The position numbers were made by a program, and so were the translations under genes. From contig JBBSWH010000006.1 in assembly GCA_038046385.1 (NCBI GenBank), forward strand, positions 125-64,124: a stretch of DNA of 64,000 bases. Reading direction: 5' to 3'. The notes below the pieces were generated by a model. It was not told the DNA's origin and ran no database searches. It saw nothing but the letters and a program-made list of their open reading frames with translations. This document shows, piece by piece, positions 54,304 through 61,980 of this stretch. Position 1 is the first letter of the stretch; the number at the start of each line of letters is the position of its first letter. This stretch comes from Nanobdellota archaeon (GTDB lineage: Archaea; Nanobdellota; Nanobdellia; Woesearchaeales; GW2011-AR4).

Positions 54304-54351
54304 GGCTTCGCACAGATTTTACAGCTCGCTGGCACCATAACCAGCTCGCCA
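54304..54351 (+). repeat. GC-rich intergenic element, copy C
   Basis: GGCTTCGCACAGATTTTACAGCTCGCTGGCACCATAACCAGCTCGCCA. The 28-mer 54324-54351 is identical to 20815-20842. The downstream ATTGTAAT is shared with copy A. Confidence 0.7.
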
Positions 54352-54390
54352 TACATTGTAATCGCAGCGCTTCGCCTATACATCACAATA

Positions 54391-54407
54391 TACATAACGT
54401 TTTTAAA
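54391..54407 (+). promoter_or_regulatory. Promoter (BRE/TATA) of tRNA-Leu
   Basis: TACATAACGTTTTTAAA. The TATA box ends 24 nt before tRNA position 1. The identical 17-mer recurs at 54562-54578. Confidence 0.55.
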
Positions 54408-54431
54408 GCAAAATCTTATCCTAAGCTCTAT

Positions 54432-54556
54432 GCGGGGATGCCGGAGTGGCCAAACGGGACAGACTCAAGTGGGTACCTATTTTAGGTCATGCGGAGTAAA
54501 TTCCTAAGTTATCTGTTAGCTTAGTGCTTACGCAGGTTCGAATCCTGCTCCCCGCA
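54432..54556 (+). tRNA. tRNA-Leu (anticodon CAA) with a 41-nt intron at the canonical 37/38 position
   Basis: Manual fold: acceptor GCGGGGA/TCCCCGC, D arm CCG-GAGTGGCCAAA-CGG, anticodon stem ACAGA/TCTGT with loop CTCAAG-[intron 54470-54510]-A, long variable arm TAGCTTAGTGCTTAC, T arm GCAGG-TTCGAAT-CCTGC, discriminator A. Confidence 0.85.
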
Positions 54557-54561
54557 TATTT

Positions 54562-54578
54562 TACATAACGTTTTTAAA
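54562..54578 (+). promoter_or_regulatory. Promoter (BRE/TATA) of rnj, duplicate of the tRNA-Leu promoter
   Basis: TACATAACGTTTTTAAA. The TATA box ends 22 nt before ATG 54601, implying a leaderless mRNA. Confidence 0.55.
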
Positions 54579-54600
54579 CCCCCATCCCAATTTTTCCTGA

Positions 54601-55929
54601 ATGATTGAAATATGCACCATAGGCGGCTATAACGAAGTCGGCAAGAATTCTACTGCGATAAAGGTTGATGATGAAGTTTACCTTATTGATTTGGGATTGC
54701 ACCTTGAGAGCTACATAAAATACCATGAAGATGATGACAGAGTAGTTCCGACTGGAAAAGAGCTTATGAGGGTAGGGGCTGTACCTGACATTTCTGCAAT
54801 TGACGACTGGAAAAAGGAGGTAAAATATGTCATGCCAACGCATGCGCATCTTGACCACGTTGGGGCTGTCCCGTACCTTGCAAACAATTTCAATGCTCCT
54901 GTGATGTGCACGCCATTTACTTCTGAAGTGCTTAAAGGAATACTGGAAGATGATGAAATAAAATTAAACAACCCAATAAAAAGCATGAGCGCAAATTCAA
55001 TGGTTGACGCGTCAAGCAATGTAAAAATTGAGTTTGTCCACACAACTCATTCAACTCCTCAAACCGTGATGATTGCGCTTCACACAAGAAAAGGAGTTAT
55101 ACTTTATGCAAACGACTTCAAGCTCGATATGTTTCCAACGCTCGGAAAAAAGCCAAATTTCAAAAGATTAGAAGAACTTGGAAAAAAAGGTGTTCTGGCA
55201 TTGATATGTGATTCAACTTATGCGCCTTTGCCGGCAAAAACTCCTTCAGAATCTGTTGCGAAGCAGATGCTTAGGGAAGTAATGCTTGACCTTGATTCAA
55301 GAAACAAGCATGTTGTTGTCACGACATTTTCATCCCATATTGCAAGGCTTAACTCTATTGTTGAATTTGGGCAGAAGATGGGAAGAAAAGTTGTTTTCAT
55401 GGGGCGCTCGATGGCAAAATACGTGAAGGCAGCAGAGAACACAGGCATTGCAAACTTTTCCGACAGGGTTGAGATATTAAAGTACAGCAACCAGGTAAAA
55501 AGAAAACTAAAGAAGATTTCAAAGGAAAGGGGAAAATATCTAATGGTTGCAACCGGCCATCAGGGAGAGCCAAGATCTGTTCTTTCAAAGATGATGAACA
55601 AGGAATTAAAGTTCAATTTCATGCCGGAGGATCACATAATCTTTTCTTGCAAAACAATTCCCAGCAAAACAAACATAGAGAACAGGCAAAAGCTTGAAGC
55701 GAGCCTAAAAGCGCAGAATGTCAGGATTTTCAAAGATGTTCACGTAAGCGGGCATGCTGCAAGGGAAGATTTGAGGGAATTGGTAAAAATACTAAAGCCA
55801 AAGAACATAATCCCTGCGCACGGAGAGCCGAAGATGCTTTCATCCATGGCGGACTTGGCAGAAGAGCTTGGATACAAAAGAGGGAATAATGTCCATATTA
55901 TGAAGAATGCCCAAAGAATAAAAATATAA
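54601..55929 (+). CDS. rnj: Archaeal RNase J (metallo-beta-lactamase / beta-CASP ribonuclease)
   Basis: MIEICTIGGYNEVGKNSTAI N-terminus, HAHLDHVGAVP (HxHxDH), and later beta-CASP His/Asp motifs (HVSGHA); 442 aa. Confidence 0.85.
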   Translation: MIEICTIGGYNEVGKNSTAIKVDDEVYLIDLGLHLESYIKYHEDDDRVVPTGKELMRVGAVPDISAIDDWKKEVKYVMPTHAHLDHVGAVPYLANNFNAPVMCTPFTSEVLKGILEDDEIKLNNPIKSMSANSMVDASSNVKIEFVHTTHSTPQTVMIALHTRKGVILYANDFKLDMFPTLGKKPNFKRLEELGKKGVLALICDSTYAPLPAKTPSESVAKQMLREVMLDLDSRNKHVVVTTFSSHIARLNSIVEFGQKMGRKVVFMGRSMAKYVKAAENTGIANFSDRVEILKYSNQVKRKLKKISKERGKYLMVATGHQGEPRSVLSKMMNKELKFNFMPEDHIIFSCKTIPSKTNIENRQKLEASLKAQNVRIFKDVHVSGHAAREDLRELVKILKPKNIIPAHGEPKMLSSMADLAEELGYKRGNNVHIMKNAQRIKI

Positions 55930-56020
55930 ATAAATTATGTTGATTTTCTTCGAGGAATAAATGCCATTAAATTTAAAGTTTAGCAATCTATTTAAAACGC
56001 TTAAATAATTTAATGACAAA

Positions 56021-57139
56021 ATGTGTTTTCCAAAAAAAAAATCTCAGGCAGCACTTGAATTCTTGACAACGTATGGGTGGGCTTTTTTGATCATATTGAT
56101 TATGATAGGCGCCTTGTCTTATTTTGGAATATTGAGCCCGAGCAAACTTCTGCCAAACAGGTGCAACTTTGGGCCGGAAATCGGGTGTGTGGATTATTCT
56201 ATTTCAAGCAACGGGCTGCAATTAAGGTTGAAAAACAACGCAGGTTCCCCTATTATAGTTGATGCATTAAATATGACGACTGCAAATTCTATTCAATTAG
56301 GCTGCGCATCCAATATAATTGGATCTGTGTGGCGCACAGGGGAAACAAAAGACGTCCCGATAATATGTGGATTTGCAAATTTCGGCCTTGTTTCCGGCGA
56401 AAAGTCAAAATTAAACTTAAGAATGACATATCATCAGGCACAAAGCTCGAGCCTGTTCGGCAAGGATGCAAGCGGGGAAGTTCTTGCCAATGTGCAATAC
56501 GGATCTGTGGCCGGAACTCAATCTGTGCCGTTGGGGGCTTCCTGCAAGCAAATTTTGGATGGGGGCATGTCAAACGGCAACGGGACATACACCATAAACC
56601 CGGGAAACGGCAATATACAAGTATATTGTGACATGACAAATGACGACGGTGGGTGGACATTGGGGCTTGTGTGCAAAGCTTCAAATAATGTATGCTGGAA
56701 TACTGCTGCAATAGGCTCTGTTACAAACCCAAATTCTGCAACAAGTGCAAAGCTGTCTGATGCTGACATAAAATCGATAATGACAAGTGGGGACAATTAC
56801 ACCAGAACGTCGTGGTATCAGGTGCCAACTATGTATGACGTGCCAGGGACTTACACTGCTGCAGTCTATGACAGGATAACTAATCCAAATATTTGGTCGT
56901 CTACGGGCTGCGGTTCGGCAGGCAATGAATTTTACTACAAAAGTTCTTATGCAGCAGGATGGGGATCTGCAATTTATACTGCAAGCACCGGATGCTCATG
57001 CGCATCAAACGGATGGTCAAATACAAGACAGGATTCATGCGGGATTGACTGGTATGCCAGCTGCGAATCTGGCCCATCAATGAGCCATTGCTGTGCTTGT
57101 GCTGTTGAAAGGGCAGATATAGTAGTTTGGTTAAGATAG
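56021..57139 (+). CDS. Type IV pilin-like (class III signal peptide) protein with a fibrinogen-like C-terminal head
   Basis: KKKSQAALEFLTTYGWAFLIILIMIGAL (prepilin-peptidase-type signal plus hydrophobic helix). C-terminal SCKQILDGGMSNGNGTYTINPGNGNIQVYCDMTNDDGGWTL resembles the fibrinogen-related-domain signature. Cys-rich end. Confidence 0.65.
   Translation: MCFPKKKSQAALEFLTTYGWAFLIILIMIGALSYFGILSPSKLLPNRCNFGPEIGCVDYSISSNGLQLRLKNNAGSPIIVDALNMTTANSIQLGCASNIIGSVWRTGETKDVPIICGFANFGLVSGEKSKLNLRMTYHQAQSSSLFGKDASGEVLANVQYGSVAGTQSVPLGASCKQILDGGMSNGNGTYTINPGNGNIQVYCDMTNDDGGWTLGLVCKASNNVCWNTAAIGSVTNPNSATSAKLSDADIKSIMTSGDNYTRTSWYQVPTMYDVPGTYTAAVYDRITNPNIWSSTGCGSAGNEFYYKSSYAAGWGSAIYTASTGCSCASNGWSNTRQDSCGIDWYASCESGPSMSHCCACAVERADIVVWLR
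56034..56197 (+). repeat. 164-bp perfect direct repeat, copy 1 (5' module of the pilin-like genes)
   Basis: Base-for-base identical to 57171-57334 by manual comparison (AAAAAAAATCTCAGGCAGCAC...GGTGTGTGGATTAT). Confidence 0.9.
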
Positions 57140-57166
57140 TTGTTAGAAATTAAAATATGAAAAGAA

Positions 57167-58126
57167 ATGGAAAAAAAATCTCAGGCAGCACTTGAATTCT
57201 TGACAACGTATGGGTGGGCTTTTTTGATCATATTGATTATGATAGGCGCCTTGTCTTATTTTGGAATATTGAGCCCGAGCAAACTTCTGCCAAACAGGTG
57301 CAACTTTGGGCCGGAAATCGGGTGTGTGGATTATATGATTATTGGTAATGGAATACGCTTAAGGCTTAAAAATAATGTTGGCGAAGCTATAATTTTAGAT
57401 TATTTAAACGCGTCAACTAAAAAACAGCAAATAATATGCGGCTCTTCGGTTATAGGCACTGCATGGCGCCAAGGAGGTATAATAGATATCCCGGTAGTTT
57501 GTGATCTTACCAATTCTGGAATAATCCAAGGTGAAAAAAATAAAATTGATTTGATGATGACTTATCATCCTATAAGAAGTGGGCCTAATTATGCCAAAGA
57601 TGTTCAGGGTGAGGTTTATTCTGGCTCAATGAGCAGCTTTTTTCTTGGGGGTCTTCTGCAAAACAACGATTTCGAAGTTGACTCTGGAGTAAACTTTGGC
57701 GGAGGGGACACAATTGCCGGCAATAACATACCTGATGGATGGGGCTGTGGCAATCAGGGTGGCACTGGATCATGGACATTAAATCCCGATTCTCATAGTG
57801 GTGGCAAGTCATTAATGCTTACAGCCGGCACAAGCTTTTGGGTTGCATGCTACCAACAGTACATACCCGTTTACGCTGGCAGAACTTATAAAGCATTTGG
57901 ATATTATAAATGTCCTGCTGGCCAATCTGTTCAAATGTTTTTTGGGGATGATATAACTTATGGATTAAATGCTGCTGGTGGTTCTTGGCTTTGTGATGGA
58001 ACATGGCAAGTCATGAGTGTTACTTTTACTCCACCTAACCCAGTAAGAATGGCGTTATATGTGTATGGTCAAGATAGCCCTGGCGGGGCTAAGTATGATG
58101 ATATATCCGTATCACTGCTGTCTTAA
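57167..58126 (+). CDS. Type IV pilin-like (class III signal peptide) protein with a carbohydrate-binding-module-like C-terminal head
   Basis: Same first ~55 aa as 56021..57139. C-terminal LQNNDFEVDSG...PDGWGCGNQGGTGSWTLNPDSHSGGKSLMLTAG...YAGRTYKAFGYYK resembles CBM4/9-type jelly-roll domains. Confidence 0.6.
   Translation: MEKKSQAALEFLTTYGWAFLIILIMIGALSYFGILSPSKLLPNRCNFGPEIGCVDYMIIGNGIRLRLKNNVGEAIILDYLNASTKKQQIICGSSVIGTAWRQGGIIDIPVVCDLTNSGIIQGEKNKIDLMMTYHPIRSGPNYAKDVQGEVYSGSMSSFFLGGLLQNNDFEVDSGVNFGGGDTIAGNNIPDGWGCGNQGGTGSWTLNPDSHSGGKSLMLTAGTSFWVACYQQYIPVYAGRTYKAFGYYKCPAGQSVQMFFGDDITYGLNAAGGSWLCDGTWQVMSVTFTPPNPVRMALYVYGQDSPGGAKYDDISVSLLS
57171..57334 (+). repeat. 164-bp perfect direct repeat, copy 2
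   Basis: Identical to 56034-56197. Confidence 0.9.
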
Positions 58127-58203
58127 TTGAACTGTTGCTATTAAAACCATAAAGCATTTAAATAGGGATAGATAACTTTTATTTATATTTGGGGGTTAAA
58201 TAA

Positions 58204-58950
58204 ATGAGACTTACTTTAGCAGAACCGAGCTATCTGAAAGAGAGCATTTCAATAATTTCTGATTTAGTCAATGAAGCTAGGTTTAAGATAACACCTAACG
58301 CAATAGAGCTTGTTGCAATGGATCCGGCAAACGTTGCCATGGTTGTTTTCAAGCTGCTGAGCAGCTGCTTTGTTGAGTATGATGTCAAAAAAGACGTTGA
58401 GCTTGGCATAAATCTTGCAAATTTAAAGCAGGTTTTGAGAAGGGCTTCTCCAAAGGACATGCTGACCCTTGAATTGGATGAGGATAACAGGCTGAAAATA
58501 ACGCTTAAGAGCAGCACAACAAGGACATTCAACCTTCCAATCATAGAGCTTGAGGAAAAAGACCAGAAAGTTCCTGATCTGAAGTTTGCAGTTGTCATAA
58601 AGACTTCATCTTCTTTATTAAATGAGTCAATTGCAGATGTTGATGTTGTCGGAGAGAGTGTTGCGTTCATAGCAGAACCTAAGAAGTTTATACTACAGGC
58701 AGAAGGCGACCTTAACAGGGCAAGGATAGAGATAAAAGATGATGAAGTTACAAAAATATCTGTTACCGGCGATGAAAAGCACAAGGCGAAATACAGCATT
58801 GAGTACCTTAAGAAGATGATAAACGGATCAAAATTAAGCAACGAAGTTTCTATTTATTTCAGCAAAGATTATCCTTTAAAGCTGGAGTACAAGACAGTTG
58901 ACAAAGTAATGCTTTCATTCATTCTTGCTCCAAGAGTGGAGAACGATTAA
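58204..58950 (+). CDS. pcn: DNA polymerase sliding clamp (PCNA)
   Basis: 248 aa. N-terminus LAEPSYLKESISIISDLVNEARFKITPNAIELVAMDPANVAMV and overall two-domain pattern typical of archaeal PCNA. Confidence 0.9.
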   Translation: MRLTLAEPSYLKESISIISDLVNEARFKITPNAIELVAMDPANVAMVVFKLLSSCFVEYDVKKDVELGINLANLKQVLRRASPKDMLTLELDEDNRLKITLKSSTTRTFNLPIIELEEKDQKVPDLKFAVVIKTSSSLLNESIADVDVVGESVAFIAEPKKFILQAEGDLNRARIEIKDDEVTKISVTGDEKHKAKYSIEYLKKMINGSKLSNEVSIYFSKDYPLKLEYKTVDKVMLSFILAPRVEND

Positions 58951-58986
58951 CGCCTTCCCGCACTGCCAAGATGAAGAGGTTGAAGC

Positions 58987-59391
58987 ATGAAAGCAGTCAC
59001 ACAAGAACACCCTATGGGTTGTGCTGTCGCATGTACTGCGTCGTTAATTGGTAAAAATTATATGTCAACTTTGATTCTTTTTTCTCACCCTGAGTACGCC
59101 TCGACAAGAGGATATTATTGCAAAGAAATCTGTGACGCTTTGAATAAAGCAAATTTGAATTATATTTGGAAAAGGGTAACTGCCTCCACGATGCCCTTTT
59201 TGCAGAGAAATGGGATTATAGTTTTCGTAAAAAAATCCAGTAAGTATCCTGCAGGGCATTTCTTGTTAAAAACTAAAAAAGGATGGATGAATTCATGGAT
59301 CAATTATCCTTCAATTAAACCGGCAAAGGCCGGTTTTCAGAGAAGCTTGCCGGGTAACGCTCAATGGGTAATCTTCCCTTTGGATTCATAA
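58987..59391 (+). CDS. Papain-like cysteine peptidase, C39-like
   Basis: QEHPMGCAVACTASLIG (Gln...Cys box) and PAGHFLL (His box) in the right order and spacing for C39-like peptidases. Weak call. Confidence 0.4.
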   Translation: MKAVTQEHPMGCAVACTASLIGKNYMSTLILFSHPEYASTRGYYCKEICDALNKANLNYIWKRVTASTMPFLQRNGIIVFVKKSSKYPAGHFLLKTKKGWMNSWINYPSIKPAKAGFQRSLPGNAQWVIFPLDS

Positions 59392-59469
59392 TTTATTTTA
59401 GTGAACTTCTTATTTCACACTAAACTTTTTTTAAGAAAGAATTATAAATCTTGTATATGGCTAAATTTT

Positions 59470-59811
59470 ATGAGTGACCATACAAGTCATGAAGGACATG
59501 CGCAGCCTGATTATTCTGGAGTAATGAAGACTTATGAAAGCCTTAAGGGACATGGCTTGAAAGCAGAAGCTGATGCAGTCATGAAGGGTATTTCAGACAA
59601 ATACCCAAAAAACCAGTCTGCACCACCAGAAGAAATACAGCACGGGTTGGAAGCATTGGTGAAAAAGCATGGACGAGGACATACACCCTCTGCAGGCCAT
59701 GCAGCACCAGCTAAAAGCACAGTGTTGGACACTTTAGTGAAGCTTGCTGCAGCTGCTGCAATTGTCGGATTAGTTGCAGGCGGAATCCCTCCTTATATGC
59801 CGCCAGTCTAA
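59470..59811 (+). CDS. His-rich tail-anchored small protein
   Basis: Track start 59401 is GTG. ATG 59470 follows a TTATAAAT box. MSDHTSHEGHAQPD..., C-terminal TM helix LVKLAAAAAIVGLVAGGI. Confidence 0.35.
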   Translation: MSDHTSHEGHAQPDYSGVMKTYESLKGHGLKAEADAVMKGISDKYPKNQSAPPEEIQHGLEALVKKHGRGHTPSAGHAAPAKSTVLDTLVKLAAAAAIVGLVAGGIPPYMPPV

Positions 59812-59860
59812 TTCCCGAAAAATCTTATTTTTAGATAATTTTATAAACAAGAATTCTGGA

Positions 59861-60349
59861 ATGGTTTTCATGGAATCAAAGCCCTATCTGATTGACTGGA
59901 CAATGAATTATGTCAAAAACAAGGACTTAGTTTTAAAAAAGCTTGAAAGTATCCAGAAAGAAAAAGACGGCTTTGACCTGTATGTCAAATATAAAGACAG
60001 GGAAAACTACTTCATTGTGATGCCTGTGCTAAGCGACATGAATTCTTTGCTGCAGAGGCTGAATGGAACAGCATATTATACGATTGTAACGCTTAATTCA
60101 GAGGGAAATTTCAAGATGCTTATTGAGAACTGGAGCAAGCTTGTGCATTTTAAATTCTTAAACATGATATTTGTGAATCCTTTCTCGAATATGGATAAAA
60201 GATGGGTGATATTCCCCCATACGCATGACAAGATATGCGATGCTGCTTCTTTAAAGACAGGATTAAAATCCATGTTTGAGATGGTTGAGCCGATAGAAGA
60301 GAGTTCTTTTTTGTCAAATGTCAAAAATTTAAATTTTACGAATAAATAA
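59861..60349 (+). CDS. Hypothetical protein
   Basis: Track start 59774 is TTG and overlaps the upstream gene. First ATG at 59861. No family recognised. Confidence 0.35.
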   Translation: MVFMESKPYLIDWTMNYVKNKDLVLKKLESIQKEKDGFDLYVKYKDRENYFIVMPVLSDMNSLLQRLNGTAYYTIVTLNSEGNFKMLIENWSKLVHFKFLNMIFVNPFSNMDKRWVIFPHTHDKICDAASLKTGLKSMFEMVEPIEESSFLSNVKNLNFTNK

Positions 60350-60413
60350 TAAATTTTTGAGCATGCTAGAAAATGTAATATTTTTTATAGAATGATTGTA
60401 CATTTTCTACAGA

Positions 60414-61022
60414 TTAAAGAGTAAAATAAATTATCTGGCCAGCGAATCCTGCAAATAAAGGTATTAAAAGATTGTCATCAAGCTCGTCTACAACCGTTTC
60501 CACTATTGTCGCGACAAAAGCCATGCCGAGTATAATATAGATATTTTCCAGTATAAAAAATCCCACTATCAAGTTGGTTACAAGCTCCGCTATAAATCCT
60601 GCCCATGTCTTGTTTCTGTGGATTAAAGTGTGGCCATATTTTTTTCCGACCAATGCAGCCATCATATCGCCGAAGGTCGTCATCAGCAATGCTGCCAATG
60701 CAATCTTATAATCAAAAACTGCCAATGCGATTATGGTTGCTGAAAGAAAATAAATAACACCGTACATCCTTGTCTGCTCTTTCGGCCTTATGAACTGGGA
60801 AAAGAAAGGCATTCTCCAGTTTAACTCTAATCTTAAGTATTCAAAAATCAGGAATAAAATTAACAGAGCAACGAGGAATAATAAAGCAATCTGCTTTGCC
60901 AAAACAGTTGATTTTCCTGCTTCAATCAGGTTGTCTTGGATTATTGAATAAGTGAAAAGAACAATCAGTATTGTTATGTGGATTATTTTTCTTCCAATCT
61001 CGTGAAACCAGCTCCAAGTCAT
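60414..61022 (-). CDS. Second dolichol-kinase/cytidylyltransferase-family membrane protein
   Basis: TTFGDMMAALVGKKYGHTLIHRNKTWAGFIAELV is equivalent to the motif in 42525..43118. Confidence 0.5.
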   Translation of the reverse strand: MTWSWFHEIGRKIIHITILIVLFTYSIIQDNLIEAGKSTVLAKQIALLFLVALLILFLIFEYLRLELNWRMPFFSQFIRPKEQTRMYGVIYFLSATIIALAVFDYKIALAALLMTTFGDMMAALVGKKYGHTLIHRNKTWAGFIAELVTNLIVGFFILENIYIILGMAFVATIVETVVDELDDNLLIPLFAGFAGQIIYFTL

Positions 61023-61068
61023 AGAGGATATTCTTTGTGTTTGTGTATATATAAGTTTCTAAAGAGAA

Positions 61069-61185
61069 TACGGCTGCCGGGATTCGAACCCGGGTAGCAA
61101 GCTCTCGCCGACTTCGTCTGCGAATACTTCTCGAACATCTCGGAGTCTTGGGAAGCTCGAATAATAGCCACTATATCACAGCCGT
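61069..61185 (-). tRNA. tRNA-Gly (anticodon CCC) with a ~45-nt intron in the anticodon loop
   Basis: Manual fold of the minus strand: acceptor ACGGCTG/CAGCCGT, D arm ATAT-AGTGGCTA-TTAT, anticodon stem CGAGC/GCTTG with loop TTCCCA-[intron]-A, variable CTAC, T arm CCGGG-TTCGAAT-CCCGG, discriminator A. Pairs C2:G71 and G3:C70 fit Gly identity. Confidence 0.7.
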
Positions 61186-61342
61186 ATAATAATGACGTAA
61201 TTGTTATTTATTATAAATTTTATTGTGAATTTTTGATGTTACTCATTAGATAATAAAATTACAAACTCAAAACATAAAATTTAAATATAAACCCAACCAA
61301 AAAATTCCGAAAGGTGAGAATATAGACAAAAACACAGATGCA

Positions 61343-61663
61343 ATGATTAAGTGTTACAAGTGCGGCAACGAGTACACTATGGACAAGATGAGAATGGAAT
61401 CCAGCAAGATGAGACTAGTGTGCAGAAACTGCCTTGAAGGAAAACAGGTCGTAAAGCAGGAGACAAAGCAAGCAGGAAAGCCGGTAAAAAGCGAAGCGTC
61501 TCCTATGCAGGACTACTTCTGCAAGGGGTGTAAGTACAGCTTTAAGAGGGCAAAGCATCTTGACATAAGAACGTGCCCATACTGCGACTCAAAATCAGTC
61601 ATAACCAGAGGAAGCACAGCCAGAATCATAGCTGATGCTGCCAAAATGAAAGGTGACTTTTAG
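61343..61663 (+). CDS. Double zinc-ribbon protein (paralog 1)
   Basis: CYKC...CRNC and CKGC...CPYC separated by a K/Q-rich linker. Confidence 0.5.
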   Translation: MIKCYKCGNEYTMDKMRMESSKMRLVCRNCLEGKQVVKQETKQAGKPVKSEASPMQDYFCKGCKYSFKRAKHLDIRTCPYCDSKSVITRGSTARIIADAAKMKGDF

Positions 61664-61980
61664 TGGGAGATGTTCTTGTTCCGTGCAAGAAATGCGGCAA
61701 CAAAGTGCCTTCAACAACATTGAAGCTTGACCTAGATATAGGGATGGTAATATGCCCGGACTGCATCAAAAACAAGAAAATACACAAAGAGATAGAGAAA
61801 GAAGCGTTTCATAAGCAGGATGCAAAGCAGGCTCCATTGCCTCAAAAGAAAGCAGAGGAAGATAAGCCATTAAAGTCAATGCACAAATGTCAGTCATGCG
61901 ATTATCTTTTCAAGGTGAATTATGATACAAAAACACCGAAGAACTGCCCATACTGCGGATCTAGGATATTGAGGTTTTAA
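61663..61980 (+). CDS. Double zinc-ribbon protein (paralog 2)
   Basis: GTG start overlapping the upstream TAG (TAGTG). CKKC...CPDC and CQSC...CPYC, the same architecture as 61343..61663. Confidence 0.45.
   Translation: MGDVLVPCKKCGNKVPSTTLKLDLDIGMVICPDCIKNKKIHKEIEKEAFHKQDAKQAPLPQKKAEEDKPLKSMHKCQSCDYLFKVNYDTKTPKNCPYCGSRILRF

Noticed and set aside
54229-54507. Plus-strand ORFs 54229..54507 and 54270..54485.
   Set aside because: They run through the GC-rich repeat element, the tRNA promoter and the tRNA-Leu gene itself.
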